NCBI GenBank assembly: GCA_028683655.1
Contig: JAQUHK010000003.1
Location: 1-53,838, forward strand
Reading direction: 5' to 3'
Length of the DNA: 53,838 nucleotides
From: Alphaproteobacteria bacterium
Lineage (GTDB): Bacteria; Pseudomonadota; Alphaproteobacteria; UBA9219
The first letter of the stretch is position 1; every line of letters starts with the position of its first letter. Both the position numbers and the translations under genes were made by a program. Below the pieces are notes generated by a model, which ran no database searches, was not told the origin of the DNA, and was given only the letters and a program-made list of their open reading frames with translations. Of the stretch, positions 27,534-39,144 are shown piece by piece.

Positions 27534-28225
27534 GCAACTTTCCTTTCGAGGGCGAAGACTTCGCGGGCGATGGCGGGAAGTTCGGTCAGGCTTTGGATCA
27601 TGAAGTCGGGACGGGCGGCGCGAATGCGCTCGGCAGCGCAAAAGCCGCCTTCGATGCCAACGCCCAGAAAGCCGTAATGATGCGCAATGTGGATTTCCTC
27701 CGCCGAGTCGCCGACGACAAGGGCACGGCGTATGCCGTACTTCTCGACATAGGCTTTCAAGCGGCTGCCCTTGTCGGCCTTGTGCATGATGTCGCGCATC
27801 TCCTCGCCTTTGTTGGCAAGGATGGCGTCAAAATGGGCGTCGATACCAAAGCGTTTCACCTGACCCGCGATCATCTCGACCGTGTGATTGCTCAGGATCG
27901 CCGCGCGGTGACCTTGGGCCGACAAGAAAGACAAGACTTCCTTCGCCCCCTCCCGTAAAAAGGTCTGGTTCACCGTCGCATCGTACATAGAGCCAAACGT
28001 ATCGAAAACCTGCGTCAGGTTAGCGGCCAGCTTTTGCGGATCACAGCCAACGCGCTCGTAAAAGGACATCAGCGGCATCGCATATTCGCGGCGATAGGTC
28101 TCAATCGTCATGGGGCTTGTGCCAATCACTGCAATGGCGGCGTTCATCGCCTCACAGCAATGGACGGCATCGTCCAACAGCGTTCCGTTCCAGTCAAAAA
28201 CAATCGCGCATTCTGATTCTTTCAT
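27530..28225 (-). CDS. HAD-superfamily hydrolase (phosphoglycolate-phosphatase-like fold) with an atypical DxN motif I
   Basis: Motif I FDWNGTLLDD (Asn where the second Asp is expected), motif II AILSN, motif III K in HKADKG, motif IV VVGDSAEE. ATGA overlaps with both sufC and sufD. Confidence 0.85.
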   Translation of the reverse strand: MKESECAIVFDWNGTLLDDAVHCCEAMNAAIAVIGTSPMTIETYRREYAMPLMSFYERVGCDPQKLAANLTQVFDTFGSMYDATVNQTFLREGAKEVLSFLSAQGHRAAILSNHTVEMIAGQVKRFGIDAHFDAILANKGEEMRDIMHKADKGSRLKAYVEKYGIRRALVVGDSAEEIHIAHHYGFLGVGIEGGFCAAERIRAARPDFMIQSLTELPAIAREVFALERKVA

Positions 28226-28974
28226 GCCAGCCTTCCTTTCTTCACCTCGCCATAGCCTTTTTCTTCAAGCTCAAGGGCCAGCTCTGGCCCGCCACTGCGC
28301 TCGATCCGCCCCGCCGCCAGCACATGCACACGGTCGGGTTTAATGTAATCCAAAAGCCGCTGGTAATGCGTAATCACCAGCATGGAGCGATCAGGAGAAC
28401 GCAGCGCATTCACGCCTTCCGCCACCACGCGCAGCGCATCAATATCAAGGCCGCTGTCTGTTTCGTCCAGCACGCACAGGCGCGGCTCCAGCACCGCCAT
28501 TTGCAGCACTTCGTTGCGCTTTTTCTCACCGCCTGAAAAGCCGACATTCACGGCGCGTTTGAGCATGTCCTCGCTCATACCGATATCCTTGGCCTTGCCG
28601 CGTAGAAGCTTGAGCATCTGCATCGCATCCAGCTCACCCTCGCCCCGCGCGCGGCGCACGGCGTTTAGGGCGGTTTTCAGAAAGTTCATATTGGTCACAC
28701 CCGCGATTTCGACGGGATATTGAAAAGCCAAAAACACCCCCGCCGCCGCGCGTTCTTCAGGCGAAAGGGCGAGCAAATCCTTGCCATCCAGCGTCACGCT
28801 GCCCTGACTGACCGCATAACCGGGCCGCCCCGCCAGAACGTAGGACAGCGTGCTTTTCCCCGCCCCGTTCGGCCCCATAATCGCATGAACTTCCCCGCAT
28901 GGCACCGAAAGCGAAAGTCCCTTAAGGATCTCTTTCCCCTCAATCCCTGCCTGTAAATCGCGTATCTCAAGCAT
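28222..28974 (-). CDS. sufC: Fe-S cluster assembly ATPase SufC
   Basis: MGPNGAGKSTLS (Walker A), FSGGEKKRNEVLQM (ABC signature), LCVLDETDSGLD (Walker B). Start at ATG 28974 (MLEIRDL). Confidence 0.95.
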   Translation of the reverse strand: MLEIRDLQAGIEGKEILKGLSLSVPCGEVHAIMGPNGAGKSTLSYVLAGRPGYAVSQGSVTLDGKDLLALSPEERAAAGVFLAFQYPVEIAGVTNMNFLKTALNAVRRARGEGELDAMQMLKLLRGKAKDIGMSEDMLKRAVNVGFSGGEKKRNEVLQMAVLEPRLCVLDETDSGLDIDALRVVAEGVNALRSPDRSMLVITHYQRLLDYIKPDRVHVLAAGRIERSGGPELALELEEKGYGEVKKGRLA

Positions 28975-29025
28975 CAACCACACCCTCTTCCCTCAATGCC
29001 ATAGGCCACATGCCAAATGCTTTCT

Positions 29026-30495
29026 TCATCCCACACTTCCTTCCAGCGAAAGGCCGATCAGCTTTTGGGCTTCGACGGCGAATTCCATGGGGAGTTCCTG
29101 CATCACCTCGCGGCAGAAGCCGTTGACGATCAGGGCCATGGCGTCTTCTGCGCTGAGGCCCCGCTGTTGGCAGTAAAACAATTGTTCTTCGCTGACCTTC
29201 GATGTGGTGGCTTCGTGTTCCACCCGTGCGGTCGGGTCGCGTTGTTCGATGGTCGGGAACGTGTGCGCCCCACACTGATCGCCGATCAGCAAACTGTCGC
29301 ACTGCGTCTTGTTGCGCGCGCCGTGCGCCGTGCGGGCGATTTTCACAAGGCCGCGATAGGTCGCTTGTGACCGCCCCGCGCTGATCCCCTTGGAAATGAT
29401 GGTCGAGCGCGTGTTTTTGCCCAGATGGATCATCTTGGTGCCCGTGTCGGCCTGCTGGCAATTGTTGGTAATCGCCACCGAATAAAACGCCCCCACCGAC
29501 CCATCGCCCTGCAACACGCAACTTGGATATTTCCATGTGATGGCCGAGCCGGTTTCAACCTGAGTCCATGAAATCTTGGACGCCACGCCACGGCACAGGC
29601 CGCGCTTGGTCACGAAGTTATAGATGCCGCCCACGCCGTTTTCATCTCCGGGATACCAGTTTTGCACCGTCGCATATTTGATCTCGGCACGGTCGTGCGC
29701 GACAAGCTCCACCACCGCCGCGTGAAGCTGATGCTCATCACGTTTGGGCGCAGTGCAGCCTTCCAGATAGCTGACATAAGCACCGTCATCCGCGATAATC
29801 AGTGTACGCTCGAACTGGCCCGTGTTCGCCGCGTTAATACGGAAATAGGTCGAAAGCTCCATGGGACAGCGCACGCCTTTGGGCACATAGACAAACGAGC
29901 CTTCGGTAAAAACAGCCGCATTCAGCGCGGCATAGAAATTGTCATGCGCGGGCACGACGCTGCCCAAATATTTTTTCACAAGATCGGGGTGATCGTGAAT
30001 TGCCTCGGACAGCGAACAAAAAATCACGCCCTTTTCTTGCAGCACTTTTTTGTAGGTCGTGGCAACCGACACGCTGTCAAAAACCGCATCCACGGCAACG
30101 GACGGCGTTACACCCGCGAGGATTTCTTGTTCACGCAGCGGAATGCCCAGCTTTTCATAGGTCTTGAGCAATTCAGGATCGACCTCGTCCAGCGATTTCG
30201 GGCCCTCTTTCTTTTTGGGTGCGGCATAGTAATGCGCGTCCTGATAATCAATCGGCGGGAACGACACCTTCGCCCAGTCGGGCGGGGTCATCGCCAGCCA
30301 TGCGCGGTAAGCCTCAAGCCGTTTTTGCAAAAGCCATTCGGGTTCGTTCTTTTTGGCCGAAATATAGCGAACGGTTTCTTCCGACAGCCCTTTGGGCGCG
30401 GTTTCCGTTTCAATGTCTGTTACGAAACCGTACTTATATGGTTCTGATATCAAAGACTCGTCAATCTTCGACGGCGAAACGACCTCGGCACCCAT
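29026..30495 (-). CDS. sufB: Fe-S cluster assembly scaffold SufB
   Basis: [74 protein letters not shown]. Start set at ATG 30495, because the upstream extension overlaps rrf2. Confidence 0.95.
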   Translation of the reverse strand: MGAEVVSPSKIDESLISEPYKYGFVTDIETETAPKGLSEETVRYISAKKNEPEWLLQKRLEAYRAWLAMTPPDWAKVSFPPIDYQDAHYYAAPKKKEGPKSLDEVDPELLKTYEKLGIPLREQEILAGVTPSVAVDAVFDSVSVATTYKKVLQEKGVIFCSLSEAIHDHPDLVKKYLGSVVPAHDNFYAALNAAVFTEGSFVYVPKGVRCPMELSTYFRINAANTGQFERTLIIADDGAYVSYLEGCTAPKRDEHQLHAAVVELVAHDRAEIKYATVQNWYPGDENGVGGIYNFVTKRGLCRGVASKISWTQVETGSAITWKYPSCVLQGDGSVGAFYSVAITNNCQQADTGTKMIHLGKNTRSTIISKGISAGRSQATYRGLVKIARTAHGARNKTQCDSLLIGDQCGAHTFPTIEQRDPTARVEHEATTSKVSEEQLFYCQQRGLSAEDAMALIVNGFCREVMQELPMEFAVEAQKLIGLSLEGSVG

Positions 30496-30500
30496 GGCTC

Positions 30501-30929
30501 TTACCCCGCCGCCGTTTCTGTCACGATGAGGTCCGAAAGAAAAACAATTTCCAAAGAACGCCGGATCGCCTGATTGACGCGTCCCCAACTTTCTTTCGTC
30601 GGACACTTACTGACCGCACAATCGCAATGCGGTTTGCCCAGCGCCTTGCCCGCGCATTCCGTCAGACTGATCGGTCCGTCGACGGCTTCAATAATATCGG
30701 CAATCGAAATGGTTTGAGGATCACGCATCAGACTATAGCCACCGGAGGCACCGCGCTGGGCCGTCACAATCGAGCTGCGCGCCAGCAGTTTCATCAGTTT
30801 TGCAACCGTCGGTAAGGGAAGCGTCGTTTCTTGTGCCAGCACAGAGGCAGGCCACGTCTGCCCGGTTTCCTGCGCCATTTGCGTCAAGATGATGAAAGCA
30901 TAATCCGCCAATTTACTCATACGCAGCAT
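30501..30929 (-). CDS. Rrf2-family transcriptional regulator (IscR/SufR-type), probable suf regulator
   Basis: [15 protein letters not shown]...[31 protein letters not shown] (wHTH) and C-terminal Cys cluster [18 protein letters not shown]. Alternative start ATG 30920. Confidence 0.88.
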   Translation of the reverse strand: MLRMSKLADYAFIILTQMAQETGQTWPASVLAQETTLPLPTVAKLMKLLARSSIVTAQRGASGGYSLMRDPQTISIADIIEAVDGPISLTECAGKALGKPHCDCAVSKCPTKESWGRVNQAIRRSLEIVFLSDLIVTETAAG

Positions 30930-30938
30930 GACGTTACC

Positions 30939-30954
30939 TCAAAATGGTATTTGA
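30939..30954. promoter_or_regulatory. Candidate Rrf2 operator upstream of the suf operon
   Basis: Imperfect inverted repeat TCAAAA-tggt-ATTTGA 10-25 nt upstream of the rrf2 ATG. Weak evidence from position and symmetry only. Confidence 0.25.
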
Positions 30955-31083
30955 CTGGTCCTTTATGATTAAGCCTTCCGCCCCGCCGCGTCAAGCAAAC
31001 AAAGCATCTTTTCTTTCCCCTTTTTCTCTGCCACAATCACTTTATTGTTTTGCGTTGCATTATGACTTTTCGAGGAGGAAACG

Positions 31084-31533
31084 ATGTTTGTCTTGCCACT
31101 AGTTCTTCATACCAGCCTGCCAGCAGGCCACCGCCCCGTGACGGTGCGCAATATTTTTGCCGCCTTTCAGCGCAATGCCCGCAAAGCCTTGCTCCAAGTC
31201 AAAGACATCAAGCTCCCCACCCCGACCTTGGGGCATGTGCCCAAGGGTGACCCAAGATGGCGCGCGCAAATCGCCCCGCTCGCCCCGAATGTCCAAAGGC
31301 CACCCACCCCCGGAAATCCGCAGGGCAGAAGCTCTAGCTCAGGTTCCAGCTCCGCTTCGTTGGGTGGAAGCAGCGGCGGCGGCAAATCAGGAGGGGGAAC
31401 GGACGACGACGAAGCGACAGGCCTGCCATGGCTCCTTCGCTTCTTCGGTTTTCCGAAAAAGGGCCACGGGGCCACAGTCAGATATAGATCATGGCTAGGA
31501 CGGATCGTTACGGAAACGATTACCTATGAGTAA
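31084..31533 (+). CDS. Hypothetical Pro/Gly/Ser-rich protein (149 aa)
   Basis: Strong Shine-Dalgarno site GAGGAGG 5 nt before ATG 31084. However, several other frames are also open in this GC-rich stretch, and no motif is recognised. Confidence 0.4.
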   Translation: MFVLPLVLHTSLPAGHRPVTVRNIFAAFQRNARKALLQVKDIKLPTPTLGHVPKGDPRWRAQIAPLAPNVQRPPTPGNPQGRSSSSGSSSASLGGSSGGGKSGGGTDDDEATGLPWLLRFFGFPKKGHGATVRYRSWLGRIVTETITYE

Positions 31534-31536
31534 GAC

Positions 31537-32850
31537 TCACGCCACCAAATAGGCCAAAACAGCATTAAGACGCTGTAACCCTTCGCGGGTGAGACGCAGC
31601 GACGAGACTTGATTATCCGTGGCTAAAAGCCCTTCAGCGCGTAGCCACCCCGCTTTCTCTTGGCCGATAAAAGCCCCTAACGAGCCCGCACCAAACTTGG
31701 CCTCCCACGCCCCAACATCAATTCCTTGTGTCAGGCGCAGGCCCATCATCAACGCCTCGCGCATCGCCGTTTCCTGATCGAGCTTTTCGAGTGTTTCACA
31801 CCAACCCGTGGATGAACTGCCCGCTCCCGTCATTGCGAGGAGGCCTTGGCCGACGAAGCAATCCAGTCCTCCTGCTTGAAGTTTGGGGACTGGATCGCCA
31901 CGTCGCTGCGCTCCTCGCGATGACGACAGGGGGCTCGTGAGTCTTTTGGACCCGTTTTGCTGCGCGGTAACCTGCCCCAACCAGACCGCAGGGGTGCGGT
32001 GGTTGGCCGTGGCCATGCGCCGCCCATCGGGCAACACGAAGCGGCCATGCGCCCCCGCGCCAATGCCGATATAGTCCTCATAATGCCAATAGGTCAGGTT
32101 ATGGCGGCTCTCCTGCCCCGCTGCTGCGTAATTGGAAATTTCATAGGCGGGCAGGCCCGTCGCCGCCATCATCTCGCCCGTCAGCTCATACAAAGCGGCG
32201 GCCTCGTCGTCGCCAGCGGTCAGCACTTCCTGCTTCGCGGCGCGTTTGTGAAAGACGGTGCCTTCCTCGATCGTCAGCTGGTAAAGCGACAAATGCTGCG
32301 CCCCGAAGGAGAGGGCTTGTTGCAGTTCCTTGGTCCATGCTGCAACCGTTTGTCCTTTGCGGGCATAGATCAGATCGAAAGAGAAACGGTCAAAGGTCTT
32401 TGCTGCGCTTTCAAGAGCTTGCCGCGCAGCATGGACGTCATGAAGCCGCCCCAAAAACCGCAGGTCCGCATCATTGAGAGCCTGCACGCCCAGCGACAGA
32501 CGGTTCACGCCCGCGCTTTTAAACCCCTGAAACTTCGCCGTGTCGCTGGAGGCCGGATTGGCCTCAAGCGTTATCTCACCGTCGCAAGCCATGGACCAAA
32601 GGCCTGCAACATGCTGCAACAAAGCCTCGACAAAAGACGGCGAGAGAAGCGAGGGCGTGCCGCCGCCAAAATAGATGGTGCGGATTTCGCGCTCTGGCAA
32701 CAGCTCGGCATAATACGAAAGTTCGCGCAGATACGCCGCCAGCCATTCGGCCTCCTCAAGCCCCTTGGGCGTCGCGCGGGAATTGAAATCGCAAAAGGGG
32801 CACTTCGCCGCGCAAAAAGGCCAGTGTATATAGAGCGAGAGCGGCTTCAT
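31537..32850 (-). CDS. hemW: Radical SAM heme chaperone HemW (HemN-like) carrying an in-frame repeat insertion
   Basis: LYIHWPFCAAKCPFCDFNS (CxxxCxxC), IYFGGGTPSLL, SLGVQAL, HLSLYQLTIEEGT. Start set at ATG 32850 (MKPLSLY), overlapping the rdgB stop. 437 aa, versus 378 aa for E. coli HemW. Confidence 0.9.
   Translation of the reverse strand: MKPLSLYIHWPFCAAKCPFCDFNSRATPKGLEEAEWLAAYLRELSYYAELLPEREIRTIYFGGGTPSLLSPSFVEALLQHVAGLWSMACDGEITLEANPASSDTAKFQGFKSAGVNRLSLGVQALNDADLRFLGRLHDVHAARQALESAAKTFDRFSFDLIYARKGQTVAAWTKELQQALSFGAQHLSLYQLTIEEGTVFHKRAAKQEVLTAGDDEAAALYELTGEMMAATGLPAYEISNYAAAGQESRHNLTYWHYEDYIGIGAGAHGRFVLPDGRRMATANHRTPAVWLGQVTAQQNGSKRLTSPLSSSRGAQRRGDPVPKLQAGGLDCFVGQGLLAMTGAGSSSTGWCETLEKLDQETAMREALMMGLRLTQGIDVGAWEAKFGAGSLGAFIGQEKAGWLRAEGLLATDNQVSSLRLTREGLQRLNAVLAYLVA
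31801..31955. repeat. MITE-like palindromic element, family B, copy 2, inside the hemW reading frame
   Basis: The core 31828..31925, reverse-complemented, is 95/98 identical to intergenic 5008..5105. Shared flanks CCAACCCGTGGATGAA and AAAAGACTyACG...CCCCC. Read through as GSKRLTSPLSSSRGAQRRGDPVPKLQAGGLDCFVGQGLLAMTGAGSSSTGW. Confidence 0.85.
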
Positions 32851-33446
32851 GGCCGCACAAACAAGGCCAACAGTTTGCGCATCGCCACGCCGCGATGGCT
32901 TAAGGCCTCTTTTTCGTCTTGCACCATTTCGCCAAAAGTGCGGGCCTCGCCGTCGGGCTGAAACCATGGGTCATAGCCGTGGCCGAGGCTCCAGCGCGGC
33001 GGAAAAACCAGCTGCCCCGTGCATTCGCCTTCGACCGCCTCTACCGCACCATCGGGCCACACCAAGGCGAGGGAGCAGAAGAAGGATGCTGTAAAATCCT
33101 TGCTATCCCCTAACCCCTCCTGAATCCGCGCCACGCCAACCGCCGGATCGCGGGCATCGCCGCACCAGCGGGCCGAGTGGATGCCAGGGGCTCCGCCGAG
33201 GGCCGCAACGCACAGGCCGCTGTCATCCCCCAAAGCCGGAAGGCCCGAAGCATCGCAGGCCGCCCGCGCTTTAATCAGCGCATTTTCGGCAAAGCTTGTC
33301 CCCGTCTCTTCGGGATCAGGCAAGCCAAGCTCGCCCGCCGAGGTGACCTCGATCCCCAGCGGGGAAAGCAAGGCTCTGAACTCGGCCAACTTGCCCTTGT
33401 TATGGGTGGCGATCACCAGCTTTTTTTCGGTGAACAGGCGGGGCAT
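32847..33446 (-). CDS. rdgB: Non-canonical purine NTP pyrophosphatase RdgB (Ham1 family)
   Basis: LVIATHNKGKLAEF, EETGTSFAENALIKA, DDSGLCVAALGGAPGIHSARW, GHGYDPWF, SHRG. Confidence 0.93.
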   Translation of the reverse strand: MPRLFTEKKLVIATHNKGKLAEFRALLSPLGIEVTSAGELGLPDPEETGTSFAENALIKARAACDASGLPALGDDSGLCVAALGGAPGIHSARWCGDARDPAVGVARIQEGLGDSKDFTASFFCSLALVWPDGAVEAVEGECTGQLVFPPRWSLGHGYDPWFQPDGEARTFGEMVQDEKEALSHRGVAMRKLLALFVRP

Positions 33447-34171
33447 CAGGCGGCCTCAATCACCTTTTGCTGCGCGGCGGTCAGCGCAGCAATGCCTGTG
33501 CGAGCCAACGTCATCAGCGCATCGAACTGCTCTTGCGAAAAGGGCTTTTGTTCGGCGGTGCCTTGCACCTCCACAATGCCGCCGCCCCCTGTCAGCACGA
33601 AATTGGCATCGGCCTGCGCATTGGAATCTTCCGCATAATCAAGGTCTAAAACAGGCTGCCCCTCATAAAGACCGCAGGAAATCGCCGCCACGCTGTCCAG
33701 CAACGGCAGAGGTCCTTGTGGCAGTTTGCCCGTTTGTTGCAGGTATTTCATGGCCAGAGCCAGCGCAACATAGCCGCCCGTGATCGAGGCCGTGCGCGTC
33801 CCGCCATCGGCCTGAAGCACATCACAATCGACCCTGATCTGCATCTCGCCCATCGCCTTGCGATCGACGATGGCGCGCAGCGAGCGGCCAATCAGCCGCT
33901 GGATTTCCTGTGTCCGCCCCGTCTGTTTGCCGCGCGCGGCCTCACGGTCCGTGCGATCATGCGTCGCACGGGGCAACATGCCATATTCGGCGGTGACCCA
34001 GCCAAGGCCGCTGCCCCGCATAAAAGGCGGCACCTTGTCGGCCACCGAGGCCGTGCACAAAACATGCGTATCGCCCATTTTGATCAGGCACGATCCTTCC
34101 GCATATTTCGAAAATGACGGCACAATTTCAAGCGAACGCAGCTGGTCCACTTCTCTTTTTGACGGGCGCAT
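33446..34171 (-). CDS. rph: Ribonuclease PH
   Basis: [55 protein letters not shown]. Confidence 0.96.
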   Translation of the reverse strand: MRPSKREVDQLRSLEIVPSFSKYAEGSCLIKMGDTHVLCTASVADKVPPFMRGSGLGWVTAEYGMLPRATHDRTDREAARGKQTGRTQEIQRLIGRSLRAIVDRKAMGEMQIRVDCDVLQADGGTRTASITGGYVALALAMKYLQQTGKLPQGPLPLLDSVAAISCGLYEGQPVLDLDYAEDSNAQADANFVLTGGGGIVEVQGTAEQKPFSQEQFDALMTLARTGIAALTAAQQKVIEAA

Positions 34172-34274
34172 AGGGTTTTCCTTTTCTTTTCAAACACGCC
34201 TTCGACATGCGGCCAAGAGCGGTTGGGAGTCAAGCCTCTTTGTTCGCCGCCGTTTCTTTGCTAAAATCCTCTTC

Positions 34275-34388
34275 CGTCATCACGAGGAGCGCAGCGACGT
34301 GGTGATCCAGTCCTGTCCTCCCAAACAGGGACGCCATTTGAAAGGGAGGGACTGGATGGCCACGGGGCTAAAGCCCCTCGCCATGACG
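34275..34388. repeat. MITE-like palindromic element, family B-related, copy 3 (core only)
   Basis: CGTCATCACGAGGAGCGCAGCGACGTGGTGATCCAGTCC...GGACTGGATGGCCACGGGGCTAAAGCCCCTCGCCATGACG. Lies in the divergent rph / ybaK-like intergenic region. Confidence 0.8.
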
Positions 34389-34450
34389 AAGGGGCGACAA
34401 GAGAGCGAAACTGTGCATAACTCATTCATATCTAAAATGAACCCCATCTC

Positions 34451-34984
34451 ATGATCACACAGGAAGACCTTTTTGCCACGCTGGACGCGCTAGGCATTGT
34501 GCATGAAACCGTGAGCCACCCACCGATGTTCACGGTCGAGGATGGCTTGGCCATTCGCCACACGATTCCCGGGCTGGACTGCAAAAACCTGTTTTTGAAG
34601 GACAAAAAGGGCAAGCTGTGGCTCGTCGTACTGCCCGCCGACAAAAGGGCCCAATTGTCCCAGCTGGAAAAGGCCATCGGCGCCGCCCGCCTGTCTTTCG
34701 GCAAGCCCGATTTGCTTATGGAGGTTCTTGGCGTTCCGGCAGGCTCGGTCACACCTTTTGCCCTGATAAATGACAAAACCCGCCGCCTGACAGTCGTTTT
34801 GGACAAAGACATGATGGCGCAAGAAAAGGTTAACTATCACCCCCTGCGCAACGATGCCTCCACCTGCCTTAAAAGTGCGGATTTACTCAAATTTATCAAA
34901 TCATTGGGCTACACCCCCTTGCTCGCCGATTGCGGTGAATGGCTCGACCGTTCCGGCTTCGAAAACGGACAGGAAACTATTTAA
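34451..34984 (+). CDS. YbaK/ProX-type aminoacyl-tRNA deacylase domain protein
   Basis: HPPMFTVEDG, CKNLFLKDKKGKLWLVV, LGVPAGSVTPFALIND and NYHPL are typical of prolyl-tRNA-synthetase-associated editing domains. Confidence 0.8.
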   Translation: MITQEDLFATLDALGIVHETVSHPPMFTVEDGLAIRHTIPGLDCKNLFLKDKKGKLWLVVLPADKRAQLSQLEKAIGAARLSFGKPDLLMEVLGVPAGSVTPFALINDKTRRLTVVLDKDMMAQEKVNYHPLRNDASTCLKSADLLKFIKSLGYTPLLADCGEWLDRSGFENGQETI

Positions 34985-35068
34985 TTTTTGGATTTATCAA
35001 CCCTTTCCATGCTATAATGCGCACCTGAACAGATTATCCACGAAGTCATATTGAAAAGGCTTTTTTCC

Positions 35069-36493
35069 ATGAACGTCGTTTCTTTCATCAAAAAGTACAA
35101 AACCCCCTTCTTTATTGCCGCAATAGGCCTGACGCAAGCGCACTGCGCCATTGACCACACCCAGCCCTTCATCACGGTCGGGTCTTATGATCACAGCACC
35201 GGACAAGGCGTCGAAAAACAACTGTGGCTCGGCAAGGCACCAGCTGAATCACAGGATGCGCGGTATCGCCAACCGGCCGACACAGCGCATTTTCAAAAGG
35301 GTGCCCTTGAAGGCTTTGTCACACAGGCTGAATCCCCAGATGGCGGACCAGACGCGCGTCGAATCGAAGTCACCGTCGTTGATAACAGCCGCCACATTCT
35401 TGCTGGCGACAAAGAATATCCTTTGACTTATGCCGTTTCCTTCGATCACCAAGCCCATGAGGGACACATCGAAACAACGGGCCTCTTCCGTGGCCAATAT
35501 GTGGCTTATTCGTCCGACTTCTCTGTCAACGGACAATCGGTTCAGATGCTGGACCCAACGGCTTTTTATCTTGAAGGCGTGGATTCTCACGGCTACCCAC
35601 GGCAAGGGAGTGAATACGGGGCCTTAACCGATGTTTTGCGGGCCCAAGCGAATGCCCCCAGTCTCTCGCCAAGCTCTCAGGTTGCGGGCATGGCGCGAGA
35701 GGCCGTCATTGGCGTCAACTTCGCCAAACAATATCTCCAGAGCGGCAAGTACGTCCCACCCTCGCCTAATCAGCTTGATTTTGGCACAGAATCATCTGGT
35801 TTCAAACACACCACCACCGTTCAAAATGTCGAAAATGGAGAGAACGAAACGGGTGAATATCACAAATATCAGGTCACGACGTCCATTGACGTTCAAGCCG
35901 GTGCACCGCCTCTTACCAACAACTTGCTGATCAAAATCTATCCAGAAGCCGTGCGTGCCCCCTACAATCTTGACGATCTGGTGGAACAAAGCTGTCTCGA
36001 AAAAATCCGGCTAAACCCCGCCTTGGGTGGATATGATCCTCTTGTCTTTGAAAAGCTCAGCCGCAACCAGCTGCTGCTTTCGTTGACCAAATTGCAAAAA
36101 GAAACCTCTGTGGATGCCCCGCCTCCAACGGAAGGCGGCGGGTTCAGCTATGGCAACTACAAACAAGTCGATGCGGGCCGCGAGCTTCAGAAATTTAGCG
36201 GGGCTCGGTCCTATGAAGACCTTGAGCAGCAAGTCACAAAGGATCTGATCGGAGCGTTTAACGACTTGCCACGCGATGTCAAAACGGCCATGGGCTATAG
36301 CAGCGAGGCACGCCTGACGATGGGGGGCACCGCCCACACCTCAAAGGGCACGACGGCGCGCCACACCTCGGGAGGATCCCCTGCGACAACGTCGTCGCGC
36401 CCCGCGACATGGAACGATATTGAAAAAGTGGGCAATGGCGAGATTCGCGCTCAATTCGGGCCGCCGCAAGGCTATAAACCACTGCAACCGTAA
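35069..36493 (+). CDS. Hypothetical protein (474 aa), possible N-terminal signal/anchor, no motif recognised
   Basis: Long ORF ending at a strong terminator. N-terminus MNVVSFIKKYKTPFFIAAIGLTQAHCA is hydrophobic. Start taken as the first ATG (35069) rather than the TTG at 35051. Confidence 0.6.
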   Translation: MNVVSFIKKYKTPFFIAAIGLTQAHCAIDHTQPFITVGSYDHSTGQGVEKQLWLGKAPAESQDARYRQPADTAHFQKGALEGFVTQAESPDGGPDARRIEVTVVDNSRHILAGDKEYPLTYAVSFDHQAHEGHIETTGLFRGQYVAYSSDFSVNGQSVQMLDPTAFYLEGVDSHGYPRQGSEYGALTDVLRAQANAPSLSPSSQVAGMAREAVIGVNFAKQYLQSGKYVPPSPNQLDFGTESSGFKHTTTVQNVENGENETGEYHKYQVTTSIDVQAGAPPLTNNLLIKIYPEAVRAPYNLDDLVEQSCLEKIRLNPALGGYDPLVFEKLSRNQLLLSLTKLQKETSVDAPPPTEGGGFSYGNYKQVDAGRELQKFSGARSYEDLEQQVTKDLIGAFNDLPRDVKTAMGYSSEARLTMGGTAHTSKGTTARHTSGGSPATTSSRPATWNDIEKVGNGEIRAQFGPPQGYKPLQP

Positions 36494-36515
36494 GAGCTGT
36501 GAACCACATCGAGGC

Positions 36516-36550
36516 AAAGGGGGCTTTCAGCCCCCTTTTCTTTTGTTTTT
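36516..36550 (+). terminator. Rho-independent terminator
   Basis: GGGGGCT-ttc-AGCCCCC followed by TTTTCTTTTGTTTTT. Confidence 0.8.
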
Positions 36551-36562
36551 CCAGAGCGTTAG

Positions 36563-39109
<2,547 letters not shown>

Positions 39110-39144
39110 AACAGGGACTGCTACAAAAGAAAGGAAGCCAGCGC

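Noticed and set aside
31050-31500. Alternative overlapping ORFs at 31157..31498 (+), 31167..31475 (-) and 31099..31296 (-)
   Set aside because: All frames are open in this GC-rich stretch. Only the 31084 frame has a strong Shine-Dalgarno site and ATG, and even that call is low confidence.
34925-34940. Extra copy of the fic-operator half-site (TGCGGTGAAT) inside the ybaK-like gene
   Set aside because: It is a single 10-mer with no palindromic partner, in the middle of a coding region. This is compatible with chance.
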